NCBI GenBank assembly: GCA_038064835.1
Contig: JBBTSD010000012.1
Location: 1-61,147, forward strand
From: Patescibacteria group bacterium
Lineage (GTDB): Bacteria > Patescibacteriota > Minisyncoccia > Phycocordibacterales > UBA2100
Direction of reading: 5' to 3'
Length of the DNA: 61,147 bases
Shown here: piece after piece, positions 19,542 to 28,362 of the stretch
Numbering within the stretch: the first letter of the stretch is position 1
How the letters are laid out: each line of letters begins with the position of its first letter
Translations under genes and position numbers: made by a program
The notes under the pieces: generated by a model
Database searches by the model: none
Told to the model about the DNA's origin: nothing
The model's input: only the letters and a program-made list of their open reading frames with translations

Positions 19542-20270
19542 ATGCCTCAGAAATCAGAGACTGCGACTGGCCCCAATGGTGCAATCCATCATGCTCGTAA
19601 GCGTCCTGCACGGCGCGCAAAGCTCGACTGGGACACTGTCCAACTTGTTTTAGTGGACAAAATGGCGCACAAAGCATCGTTCGCTACCAAAGATGTTCAG
19701 CGCATGACGAGGCTAGCGAACAATTCCCTGTATGTGCTCGTCAGAAAGTTGCTTGCTAACGGGCTTATCGAAGAAATCACGACCACCGGCAAAGGCCGCC
19801 GATTCCGCGTGGTGGGTGCAACCCCGTCGGCCGAGCCGACTACTGGGACCCTCGTCACGATCACTGCGCCAAAGCGTGCACGCAAGGAGCGTGCGGCGTC
19901 TTCGCGGAAACCCAAGCCCATAGTAGGAAAGGTCAAAACTGCATCGGCATCAGACAAGATTCCGGTCAAAGAATTCGTCGCGAAGATGATTCGCGAGCTC
20001 CGTAAGCCACCGTATCTGGGTGTGCATGTTGTCTATAGCCAGTTCAACGACGCTTTCCGTGTCTACTACAGGAAAGACCCGCGAGCTGATATTGACATGC
20101 TGGTTGCTGAAGGGTTTCTGAAGCAAGAGCGTTCGCGTGGCGGTGTCGTCATCACGCTCATGAGCGACCTTATGGTCGCACAACCGAAGGGAAAATCCAG
20201 CAACAAATTGCCCGGCCTTTCTCCCAAGGTCGCCAAGGCGCTTGCAAAGGTCACCGGCACTTCACGCTAA
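19542..20270 (+). CDS. Basic DNA-binding-like protein (winged helix + Lys/Arg linker + second domain)
   Basis: LVRKLLANGLIEE..TGKGRRF wing; C-terminal RKPPYLGVHVVYSQFNDAF domain. Confidence 0.65.
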   Translation: MPQKSETATGPNGAIHHARKRPARRAKLDWDTVQLVLVDKMAHKASFATKDVQRMTRLANNSLYVLVRKLLANGLIEEITTTGKGRRFRVVGATPSAEPTTGTLVTITAPKRARKERAASSRKPKPIVGKVKTASASDKIPVKEFVAKMIRELRKPPYLGVHVVYSQFNDAFRVYYRKDPRADIDMLVAEGFLKQERSRGGVVITLMSDLMVAQPKGKSSNKLPGLSPKVAKALAKVTGTSR

Positions 20271-20278
20271 AGAGTATC

Positions 20279-20306
20279 AAAGGCCCCGCATGTGCGGGGC
20301 CTTCTT
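20279..20306 (+). terminator. Terminator hairpin
   Basis: AAGGCCCCGCATGTGCGGGGCCTT. Confidence 0.75.
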
Positions 20307-20335
20307 CATGCCTTTTCTACACACTCTTCATTCTA

Positions 20336-20363
20336 TTGACATGTACCTACTGGTGGGTATAAT
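20336..20363 (+). promoter_or_regulatory. Consensus sigma70 promoter
   Basis: TTGACA-16 nt-TATAAT. Confidence 0.8.
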
Positions 20364-20426
20364 ACAAATTAGGCATACCTGATTGTGCCGGGACTAAAGG
20401 TTAAACCCCTAGGAAAAGGAGCGCTT

Positions 20427-20654
20427 ATGCGCCACCTCGCCACCACTCCCCAGCCTGTCACCCTGAGCTCGGGTGAAACGCCGATGATCGGCTCGTTCGC
20501 CAGTGGCTTCCGCCCTGCGACGATTCCGGCTCGTCCGCTGACGACCGAGGCCGACATCAAGGCGCGTTGCATGTACATCCTGCGACACAGGAACGGCAGC
20601 GCCCTCGACGAGGTCTACGAGCTCATCGACGACTGGCACACGCGCAAGCGCTGA
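20427..20654 (+). CDS. Small hypothetical protein (75 aa)
   Basis: AAGGAG SD, consensus promoter, terminator 20674-20703, GC-rich codons. Confidence 0.7.
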   Translation: MRHLATTPQPVTLSSGETPMIGSFASGFRPATIPARPLTTEADIKARCMYILRHRNGSALDEVYELIDDWHTRKR

Positions 20655-20711
20655 CGCCAGCGCGAGCCTCGCTGCGCGCCCCATTCATCCGGGGCGCGCT
20701 TTTGTTAGGTA

Positions 20712-20975
20712 CTACTGTGGTGCAACAATCGGAATTGTAATTGGCCAACTACAATCGAGTACCAAAAGATACGGACATGCAATTTCAAAGATCGATGTAT
20801 CGACGGTATTCACAGTAACTGTTGCCGCTGCAACAAGTGCGTCCGGATTAGTATTCATAACCTGCGTAATACTTCCTGTACTGTAGCCACCGGCAAGCAC
20901 TGCACCCATTAGCGACAGCGCCACAAGAGCTTTAGTAGCTGGTAGCAAGAGTGCTGTGGTCGATTTCCCGGGCAT
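20712..20975 (-). CDS. Small secreted/membrane hypothetical protein
   Basis: Hydrophobic N-terminus; start uncertain. Confidence 0.45.
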   Translation of the reverse strand: MPGKSTTALLLPATKALVALSLMGAVLAGGYSTGSITQVMNTNPDALVAAATVTVNTVDTSIFEIACPYLLVLDCSWPITIPIVAPQ

Positions 20976-21121
20976 CAGAAAAATATCTGTGGGCACGCGA
21001 CATTTCGTCGCAAATGCGGACATGTCACAGCTAGCATCTTGTTTTGTGACAAGCATACGGTGATTTCCATACTCTATCACAAATGATTCGCTCTTTTTTT
21101 AGAATGCGCTAGTCTGTGTGA

Positions 21122-21718
21122 ATGCTCGATTTAGCAGGATTTGTGCAGGGGGCTGGTTATGCAGGACTCACGGGAATAGTGTTTGCAGAATCTGGTCTGT
21201 TGTTTGGTTTTTTCTTTCCTGGTGACAGCCTACTGTTTACTGCAGGCTTTCTGTCATCCCAGGGTTATTTTAACATCGCACTCCTCGTACCACTTCTTGT
21301 TGTCGCCGCAATCGCGGGCGATACAGTGGGATATTGGAGTGGCCGCAAAGCTGGTCCACTTATTTTTACTCGCCCCAACTCTCTTTTCTTTAGTCAACAA
21401 CGAGTCGAGCAAGCTCGCCTCTTTTTTGAGAAAAAGGGAGCTATGGCGATTATCTTGGCGCGGTTCATCCCTGCAGTGCGCACACTGACCCCCATTGTTG
21501 CAGGTGTCGCAGGCATGCAGTATCGCACTTTTGTTACCTACAATGTCATTGGCGGATTCTTGTGGGCCGGCGGCGTCACCCTGGCCGGCTACTTTTTAGG
21601 CTCGCTCATTCCTGATGTCGAGCGCTACCTACTCCCCATCGTTGGACTCATTATAGCGGTCTCATTTATTCCTCTCATTCGCGAATACCTCCATTCCCGC
21701 ACGCAAAAATCTGATTGA
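21122..21718 (+). CDS. dedA: DedA/VTT-domain membrane protein
   Basis: FAESGL..GFFFPGDSLLF, GD..GYW.G, ARFIPAVRT. Confidence 0.92.
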   Translation: MLDLAGFVQGAGYAGLTGIVFAESGLLFGFFFPGDSLLFTAGFLSSQGYFNIALLVPLLVVAAIAGDTVGYWSGRKAGPLIFTRPNSLFFSQQRVEQARLFFEKKGAMAIILARFIPAVRTLTPIVAGVAGMQYRTFVTYNVIGGFLWAGGVTLAGYFLGSLIPDVERYLLPIVGLIIAVSFIPLIREYLHSRTQKSD

Positions 21719-22001
21719 CTTATACCATCCTCAGTTGATCTCTGAGCACATGTCTTGAAAATGGTGGCTTCAGATTGGCGAAACTGGACTATCTCCTCGA
21801 GGGAACTGCTCTTGCGGCAGTTTGTGTATGTAGTGTCGAGGTCCTTGGATTTTGCATCAAATTCATTTGGGTGGACTCCAGCTTAACTTCTTTGAACTTT
21901 TTGATACGGGACTTGTTGAGATTGAAGGAGATTTTGGAACGAAGTGACCCCCGCCGGAATGTCCGTGCAGGGGTCGAGGTCTTTGGTGTCAAGGAGCCAC
22001 A

Positions 22002-22451
22002 CTAGAGCTTGTACAGCCTCGTCGTTGCGACGTGGTATCCAGCATTCAGCGCCTCGTGCTCCGCGTTCAGATCGCTCGCCGTCTGTGGGCTGTCCAGAAT
22101 CTCGAATGCGACGACGGAGTCGAGATGCTCTTTCGGAATCTGCGCCAATACTTCGGCTACCGATGGCTTGAAAAAACCATGGTAGGCGAAACCGTGGTAG
22201 GTCGTGATGTCGCAGACGGGCTTCAGGCCTTTCGCCCTCTCTGCCGGCTTGGGGTTCCACGTATAGGCGACGCCGAACAAGTCCACCGGCTTGATGTAGT
22301 GCGGGTGGCCTTCGTCGGAACGGAAGAGCCCCTTCGCACCCTTGGCGAACCGGATGACCGGTTTGATGCGCTCGCCAAGTTCACGGATGCGCTTCTCTGG
22401 CACCTTCGGAATCCACGTCTTCTCCAGCGTAGCGGTCGCAGTGCGTGCCAT
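22002..22451 (-). CDS. Hypothetical protein next to the tRNA-Ala 3' end
   Basis: SD AGAGG; TYHGFAYHGFFKPSVAEVLAQIP; GC-rich codons. Confidence 0.7.
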   Translation of the reverse strand: MARTATATLEKTWIPKVPEKRIRELGERIKPVIRFAKGAKGLFRSDEGHPHYIKPVDLFGVAYTWNPKPAERAKGLKPVCDITTYHGFAYHGFFKPSVAEVLAQIPKEHLDSVVAFEILDSPQTASDLNAEHEALNAGYHVATTRLYKL

Positions 22452-22549
22452 GTGTAGCCTCTCTTTCTTCCTCTTGCAAAAGGACAAGCCGCACAAGCGG
22501 CTTCACCGTCTGAAATGATTTTACCATCCAATCATGTGTGCGTCAAATG

Positions 22550-22622
22550 TGGACCCAAGGAGACTCGAACTCCTTGCCTCGTCCATGCCATGGACGCGCT
22601 CTACCAGATGAGCTATGGGCCC
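22550..22622 (-). tRNA. tRNA-Ala(GGC)
   Basis: G3-U70, anticodon arm CGTCC-AT-GGC-AT-GGACG. Confidence 0.95.
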
Positions 22623-22645
22623 CGCGGTGGCATTCTAGCAGATAG

Positions 22646-22717
22646 TGCCCTCGGCAGGAATCGAACCTACATCATCTCCTTCGGAGGGAGATATCCTATC
22701 CATTGAACGACGAGGGC
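22646..22717 (-). tRNA. tRNA-Arg(CCG)
   Basis: Anticodon arm TCTCC-CT-CCG-AA-GGAGA; GGTTCGATTCC. Confidence 0.95.
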
Positions 22718-22757
22718 GTGCGGTGAGTATACCGCTCACAATCACACTGCCAAGAAG

Positions 22758-23255
22758 CTACGGTTTTGGTGGTATTGGCGCAATGAATTTGCTTTTCAAG
22801 ATTTCAAAGGCAACAAAAAATACTATGGCAAATAGAATGTAGTATATCCAAAACATTCCATAGCTGGTGCTCGGGTCCACAAAACTTTCACTGACAAAGA
22901 AAATTGAATACCATGAAGCACCCGCAATAACTGGCCCTAGGCGCATCGGCATCAAACGCCGTGTCATGAGTATACCGTTGATCGTAATGATACTGAGCAG
23001 TGTCCAGAGCATGAAGTACGCAGCAAGCGGAAGTTCTTCGCGTGTCCACAAAAGACCGACAAGCCCGACAGCAATAAGCACCATACTGATACGCAATGCT
23101 GCATACACCACATGCATAAGCCCGCGTTCCGATTGATCAATAACACCGTCACTTAGTGCTTTGATAAAAAAAGCAAGTGCAAAGGTCGAAGACCCCGCAC
23201 CTAGTGTAGTGCCCATTTTAAAAATAAAAGGTGCAAGCGCTGCGAACAATTCCAT
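22758..23255 (-). CDS. Multi-pass membrane protein
   Basis: About 5 TM segments; -10 box TATTGT 6 nt before ATG. Confidence 0.7.
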   Translation of the reverse strand: MELFAALAPFIFKMGTTLGAGSSTFALAFFIKALSDGVIDQSERGLMHVVYAALRISMVLIAVGLVGLLWTREELPLAAYFMLWTLLSIITINGILMTRRLMPMRLGPVIAGASWYSIFFVSESFVDPSTSYGMFWIYYILFAIVFFVAFEILKSKFIAPIPPKP

Positions 23256-23327
23256 TTCATCACAATACCACTTAAAATAGACTGTCCGAGCAAGGATGTG
23301 AAAAACCTCGCATGACGCGAGGTTTTG

Positions 23328-24317
23328 TTAGTGTGCCAGATAGTTAGCGAGAAACGCGCTTACATATGCAAGCGCCATGCAAATGGGGAATGTAAGCATC
23401 CACCCCAGAGCAATCCACGAGAAGACTCTCCAGCGCACCCCTTTTGCGCCGTTCGAAGCACCTGCTCCCGCAATCGAGCTGGTAATCGTATGTGTCGTTG
23501 AAAGCGGGATGCCAAAAGATGACGCCACATAGATAATGCATGATGCAGTCCCTTGCGCGGCAAAACCTTGCCAGCTCGTGAGCCGTGTCATTTTTTTGCT
23601 GATGGTCCCGATTATGCGCCACCCGCCAAGTGCGGTACCAAGACCCATTGAGAGAGCGCAAATGAGCATCACCCAAAATGGTATGGTGAATTCAGGAAAG
23701 ACTCCTCCTTGCAGAAGCGCAAGGGCAAAGATGCCCATAAACTTCTGCCCATCGTTCATACCGTGCGTAAATGCCATCGCAGCAGCAGCGACAATTTGTA
23801 GCCGATCAAAAGTGCGTTTTGTCGGCGAAGGGCGTCTGCTTCGTGACACCCCACGAGCAAGCAAGGCAACGACAAGCGCTCCAAAGAATCCCGCGATGAC
23901 GGAGAGGACGATTCCGTAGCCAACCTTGACCCAACCACTCGCGATAAGCGCTTGCCAGCCACCACTTGCAAGACCTGCTCCGGTAATCGCGGCGATCAGT
24001 GCATGTGATTTGCTCACAGGCAATCCAAGCTTGCCAGCCATACCTCCCCACGCCACGATTGTTATCATGGCGGCGGCTATCGCAGGAAGCGTGACGACCG
24101 ATGACTGCACAATGCCTTTTCCGATTGTTATCGCAACAGCGGTTCCTGCCATCGCGCCAAGTGTATTGAGTATGACTGCCATCACAATGGCCGCCATTGG
24201 TGGCATAACACTTGTCGAGACTACTGTTGCGATTGCATTTGGTGCGTCTGTCCAACCATTTACAAATTCAGCGGCTAGAATCAGAAAAAGCACAGCTAGA
24301 AGCAATGTCATGATCAC
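23328..24317 (-). CDS. pit: Inorganic phosphate transporter (PiT)
   Basis: NGWTDAPNAIAT, HGMNDGQK, PLSTTH; terminator 23301-23326. Confidence 0.92.
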   Translation of the reverse strand: MIMTLLLAVLFLILAAEFVNGWTDAPNAIATVVSTSVMPPMAAIVMAVILNTLGAMAGTAVAITIGKGIVQSSVVTLPAIAAAMITIVAWGGMAGKLGLPVSKSHALIAAITGAGLASGGWQALIASGWVKVGYGIVLSVIAGFFGALVVALLARGVSRSRRPSPTKRTFDRLQIVAAAAMAFTHGMNDGQKFMGIFALALLQGGVFPEFTIPFWVMLICALSMGLGTALGGWRIIGTISKKMTRLTSWQGFAAQGTASCIIYVASSFGIPLSTTHTITSSIAGAGASNGAKGVRWRVFSWIALGWMLTFPICMALAYVSAFLANYLAH

Positions 24318-25021
24318 GCCTCCTGACGCGCCATAGATTTTACTCGTGAGCCACAGTGATTCGCCGAATCAGTGACCTGCTCAAGCATTTTGTAGAGCTC
24401 CTTCAGTGCAAGGTAGTCAACCATGCGATCTACACCGACATTTTTGTGTCCGCGATACTCATGAACCAGACCAGTTTCGCTTTCATGAAAAATGTGATCG
24501 GCTTCAGATTCAAGCTCTTGCAAGCCCAAGTCGACCGCCACAATTTCATCCAAGGCAAGTGGCGAGACTGAGAATAAAGCGATTTGCGTTTCTACCTTTC
24601 CCGTCATCTCAACAATGATGTCGAGCAAGCGAAGTGCTGGTTGCGGGAGGTGCGGTGTGTCGTCAAGTGTAAACACCGGACGGTGGATCGCCACATGCTC
24701 TGCAACCTTGCGCATGCGATCAATAACATCATCAAGCTCGTAGGCAAGCGCCGTGAGCTGAGCTTTGTCGTGGCGCAAGATAAATGCTCGGTCGAGCAGT
24801 TCTCCTAGTTGGGCTTCTACTGCATCACCACTGTGTTCGAAGGCAATAATGCGATCCTTGTCATGCGCAATAGTACGCCGCAGATGCGCCGCGCACGCAC
24901 AGGCAATTTGGGCTTGTTCGCGCAACAGCCGCGAGCACTCGCGATCGTCTTCGTGCGTCATGACTGTTTTCCAGGCCTTACTAAGGAGAGCCAGTACTCG
25001 ATGTGGCATGAGGGTTCTCAC
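24314..25021 (-). CDS. DUF47/PhoU-like phosphate transport regulator
   Basis: EHSGD, LDDVID, LESEAD, LEQVTD; coupled to pit. Confidence 0.85.
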   Translation of the reverse strand: MRTLMPHRVLALLSKAWKTVMTHEDDRECSRLLREQAQIACACAAHLRRTIAHDKDRIIAFEHSGDAVEAQLGELLDRAFILRHDKAQLTALAYELDDVIDRMRKVAEHVAIHRPVFTLDDTPHLPQPALRLLDIIVEMTGKVETQIALFSVSPLALDEIVAVDLGLQELESEADHIFHESETGLVHEYRGHKNVGVDRMVDYLALKELYKMLEQVTDSANHCGSRVKSMARQEA

Positions 25022-25077
25022 CTATACTATCTCATTTCCACCTATTTATAACACGCAAGAGTATCTATGTCTACATC

Positions 25078-25968
25078 TCATTCACATGTCTTTCTTGGTG
25101 ACATTTCTGCAAGGTTGGCAACACATTTTTTGCAATGCACGCCTTTATCTATTGGTGCACACATTATGCATATTAAAAAGTGCACATGGCAATCGAGATT
25201 GGCACAATTCACATAGCGTTCAGTGGCATCTTGGCACCAATCGCACTTCCCCACTATTTTTCTTTCACCCCCAAAATCCATCACGATGCGCTGGTCGAAT
25301 GTGTACAGGGTGCCTTCAAAATCTTCTCCGGGGAATTTTTCCATATACGCATGGATTCCGTCTTGCAATTGGTGTACATCAGAGAATCCTTTGTGTAGTA
25401 GATACGCTGACATCTTTTCACAGCGCACGCCACCAGTGCATACGGTCACCACTTTTTTGTCTTTCAGCGGTATAAGTTTATCTACAACACCCGAAAGATC
25501 GCGGGAGTTTTCGAGTCCTGGATCTATGGAATCCTTAAATCGACCTGCTGAAAATTCGTATGAATTGCGCATATCCACAACCACGAAATCATCGCCCGTA
25601 CGAAACCATTCGTGAAGTTCTTCCGCGCTCACGCGTGGTGCAGTGCGAACACGGGGATCAACATCCTTAGGGAAGCGCGTCCCGACAATTTCTGCACGCA
25701 CGCGCACAGAAAGCTTGGGAAAGGCACCCCCCTTCCCAGCACTTCTTTTAATTGACATATCTGCCAAGCGTTCGTCTGCAACAAGAATTCCTGCAAAAGC
25801 TTCAGTATTTTCGATGCTACCCTCTACTGTGCCGTTAATCCCCTCTTCGGCCACAATAATACGACCAAGGAGATTCAAGCGTTCGGCCTGGCCGCGCATA
25901 TGCGTAGCCAAAACAGCAGCATCGTCGATAGTCACATATTTATAGAAAAGAAGCACTTGTGTCTGCAT
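25078..25968 (-). CDS. trhO: Rhodanese-domain tRNA U34 hydroxylase (UPF0176/YceA)
   Basis: LFYKY, GRIIVAEEGINGT, DMRNSYE, CTGGVRCEK. Confidence 0.88.
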   Translation of the reverse strand: MQTQVLLFYKYVTIDDAAVLATHMRGQAERLNLLGRIIVAEEGINGTVEGSIENTEAFAGILVADERLADMSIKRSAGKGGAFPKLSVRVRAEIVGTRFPKDVDPRVRTAPRVSAEELHEWFRTGDDFVVVDMRNSYEFSAGRFKDSIDPGLENSRDLSGVVDKLIPLKDKKVVTVCTGGVRCEKMSAYLLHKGFSDVHQLQDGIHAYMEKFPGEDFEGTLYTFDQRIVMDFGGERKIVGKCDWCQDATERYVNCANLDCHVHFLICIMCAPIDKGVHCKKCVANLAEMSPRKTCE

Positions 25969-25985
25969 ACAAATACCCCGAAAGG

Positions 25986-26468
25986 CTAGAAAAGTTTCTT
26001 ACCTGCAGAGTTCCAGCGCCAGTACAGATACAACGCGGTAGTGATGTAAAGAATTGCCGTAAGACTGTATATAAGCTGAGCAGAGAAAATGGTCATACCA
26101 ATATTCTTGGCTGATAGACCAGTGATTCCCAAATTGAGTCCTGACACAGTACTGACAAGAAATGCAATGGTGTCTTTCATCTCTTCAGCACCAAAAATCT
26201 TCCTGCCACCAATGTACCAGCGATATCCCAGATATGCAGAGGCCACGCCAGAAATAATCCATGCGACGGTCAATATAAGGCCAGTAATACCGCTCAAGAA
26301 GCCAAACGGGATAACCAGACGCACTACAGGAATTCCCCCAGCAAGAAGCGCCACCGCACCAAGCGCCAGTCGGGCTTCCGACCAAAGGAACGCATAATAT
26401 TCCAGTTTGTCAGGGGTGGTATGGGCTTTTAACTCTTCAGCTGTCTTGGGGATTTTTGGTATTTCCAT
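25986..26468 (-). CDS. Membrane protein
   Basis: About 4 TM segments. Confidence 0.7.
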   Translation of the reverse strand: MEIPKIPKTAEELKAHTTPDKLEYYAFLWSEARLALGAVALLAGGIPVVRLVIPFGFLSGITGLILTVAWIISGVASAYLGYRWYIGGRKIFGAEEMKDTIAFLVSTVSGLNLGITGLSAKNIGMTIFSAQLIYSLTAILYITTALYLYWRWNSAGKKLF

Positions 26469-26519
26469 ATGTAGGCATGATACCAGACCTTCATTTTCTT
26501 GCCCAGAGAGCGTGGAGCA

Positions 26520-28217
26520 CTACATCGCTTGGACGCCTCGCTCTAGAAATTGCGGGACAGTCTCGTATCGCTCAATCGGTCCCACAATTTCCGCCGCTCG
26601 CTCGATGAGCGCCTGCTCTTTTGGCTTCATACCAATGGCACAAATACGCACGCCTCGTTTGCGCAAATTTGAAAAGTATTGACCAAGTTCTTCGAGACCA
26701 GTCAGGTCGATGTGATTTATTGATCCGAAATGGAGTGCCAGAATCTTAAAATTGCGGCTATGCGTCAAGAGATCAAGTTGCTCTACGACATATTCTGCAT
26801 TTGCATACAAAACAGAAAGATGAGGACGCACGCACACAACCGCTTCAAGCCTTTTGACACCCTCTTCGGTGAGTGGTCGCATCAATGGCTCTCCAGGTGC
26901 AAATCCCATCTCTTCTACTCGAGGCCACATAATGCGATGAATAAAAAGCACGAGTGCAAGAGCCATGCCACCGATGATTGCGCTGTCTGGTTTGATAACT
27001 AGCGCAATGCCGAGCGTTGCACACGCAAGCAGGCCATCGATACGCGAAATGCGTAAAGCACGCCCAATATCACGGATGCGCACCAATTGCACCACTGATG
27101 CGATAACAACTGCCGCAAGGATTGCTTTTGGCAGATACGCTAGGAACCATGTAAAGAAAAGGAGTGTCAGTAGTGTTGCAATCGAAAGCACGACACCTGT
27201 GACGGCAGTCTTTCCCCCCGATACTTCATTTACCGCGCTTGCTGAAAACGAGCCTGACACGGGATACCCGCCGACAAACGACGCGGCAATATTTGCCATG
27301 CCTTGCCCAACTAATTCTTGGTTTGCAGCGACATGTTCATCGTGCCTCTTTGCAAGCGCGCTGCCAATCGCATAGGTCTCCATGAATCCCACCAGGGCAA
27401 TGACGAATGCGCTCCCCAAAATACTAATCACTGCAGAAAGCGACAATGACGGTAGGAAGAACACTGGAATCCCTGCAGGAACAGCGCCTACTAAAGGCAC
27501 ACCGTACTCGCCCAGGGGCACTACCAGGCCAAGCAAGATGGAACCTGCCAAAACGAAAAGCGCAATCGGTGACCGTGGAAAAATTCGCCGCACAACCACA
27601 ATGACAATCAAAGCAGTAACGCCAATAAACGCAGTGAGCCAGTGTGTTTTGGGAATCGCAAGGACCAACCCCCACAATGTTTCAATGACGAACGGTTGTT
27701 GCTTGATTGAGAAGCCCAGTAAGTTTGGCAACTGCAAGAATGCAATAGTGATACCCGCAGCAACTGAAAATCCGGTGAGTACTGGATGTGGTATTAGGCG
27801 AGAAAGAAAGCCGAGATGGAAAAAGCCCGCGAGCAACTGTATCAGACCCACAAGAAACGCAAGCACTACCGCAAGCGCAATATATTCAGGTGAACCAGGT
27901 TCAGCATGAGGAAGCAGTGCGGTAAGCGTCAAAAGGCTCACCACCGCGACCGGTGCGGTGACCACAAATCGTGATGACCCCCACAGTGCGCCAAAAAACG
28001 AAGCGACGAGAAGTGCGTAGAGACCGTACACTGGTGGGATTCCTACCAAAAGCGCCTGCGCCATGGCTTGGGGAATGATGATGCCTGCGACTGTAAGACC
28101 TGCGACCACATCAAAGCGAAACGAATCGCTCGAATACCCGTGCAAACTCTGCCGCCACGGGGTAAGTGTCGCGACTGCATATTTGGCAACTTTCTGTGCT
28201 GCCTCAAGTGGTGTCAT
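26520..28217 (-). CDS. SulP anion transporter with STAS domain
   Basis: DVVAGLTV..IPQAMA, YGLY, NQELVGQG, HIDLTG (STAS). Confidence 0.92.
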   Translation of the reverse strand: MTPLEAAQKVAKYAVATLTPWRQSLHGYSSDSFRFDVVAGLTVAGIIIPQAMAQALLVGIPPVYGLYALLVASFFGALWGSSRFVVTAPVAVVSLLTLTALLPHAEPGSPEYIALAVVLAFLVGLIQLLAGFFHLGFLSRLIPHPVLTGFSVAAGITIAFLQLPNLLGFSIKQQPFVIETLWGLVLAIPKTHWLTAFIGVTALIVIVVVRRIFPRSPIALFVLAGSILLGLVVPLGEYGVPLVGAVPAGIPVFFLPSLSLSAVISILGSAFVIALVGFMETYAIGSALAKRHDEHVAANQELVGQGMANIAASFVGGYPVSGSFSASAVNEVSGGKTAVTGVVLSIATLLTLLFFTWFLAYLPKAILAAVVIASVVQLVRIRDIGRALRISRIDGLLACATLGIALVIKPDSAIIGGMALALVLFIHRIMWPRVEEMGFAPGEPLMRPLTEEGVKRLEAVVCVRPHLSVLYANAEYVVEQLDLLTHSRNFKILALHFGSINHIDLTGLEELGQYFSNLRKRGVRICAIGMKPKEQALIERAAEIVGPIERYETVPQFLERGVQAM

Positions 28218-28362
28218 TTTAGTATTGTATGCGAAATTTCAAGTATGTGTACTGATCGAGCGGAAGACTTACTCTTCTTATTTTTTCAAGTCGTTCTAGT
28301 AACGGCTTGAGGAGGACGGACACATCTCTTTCCGCTGTGAGTTTTTCTATGCGCGATTCCAA

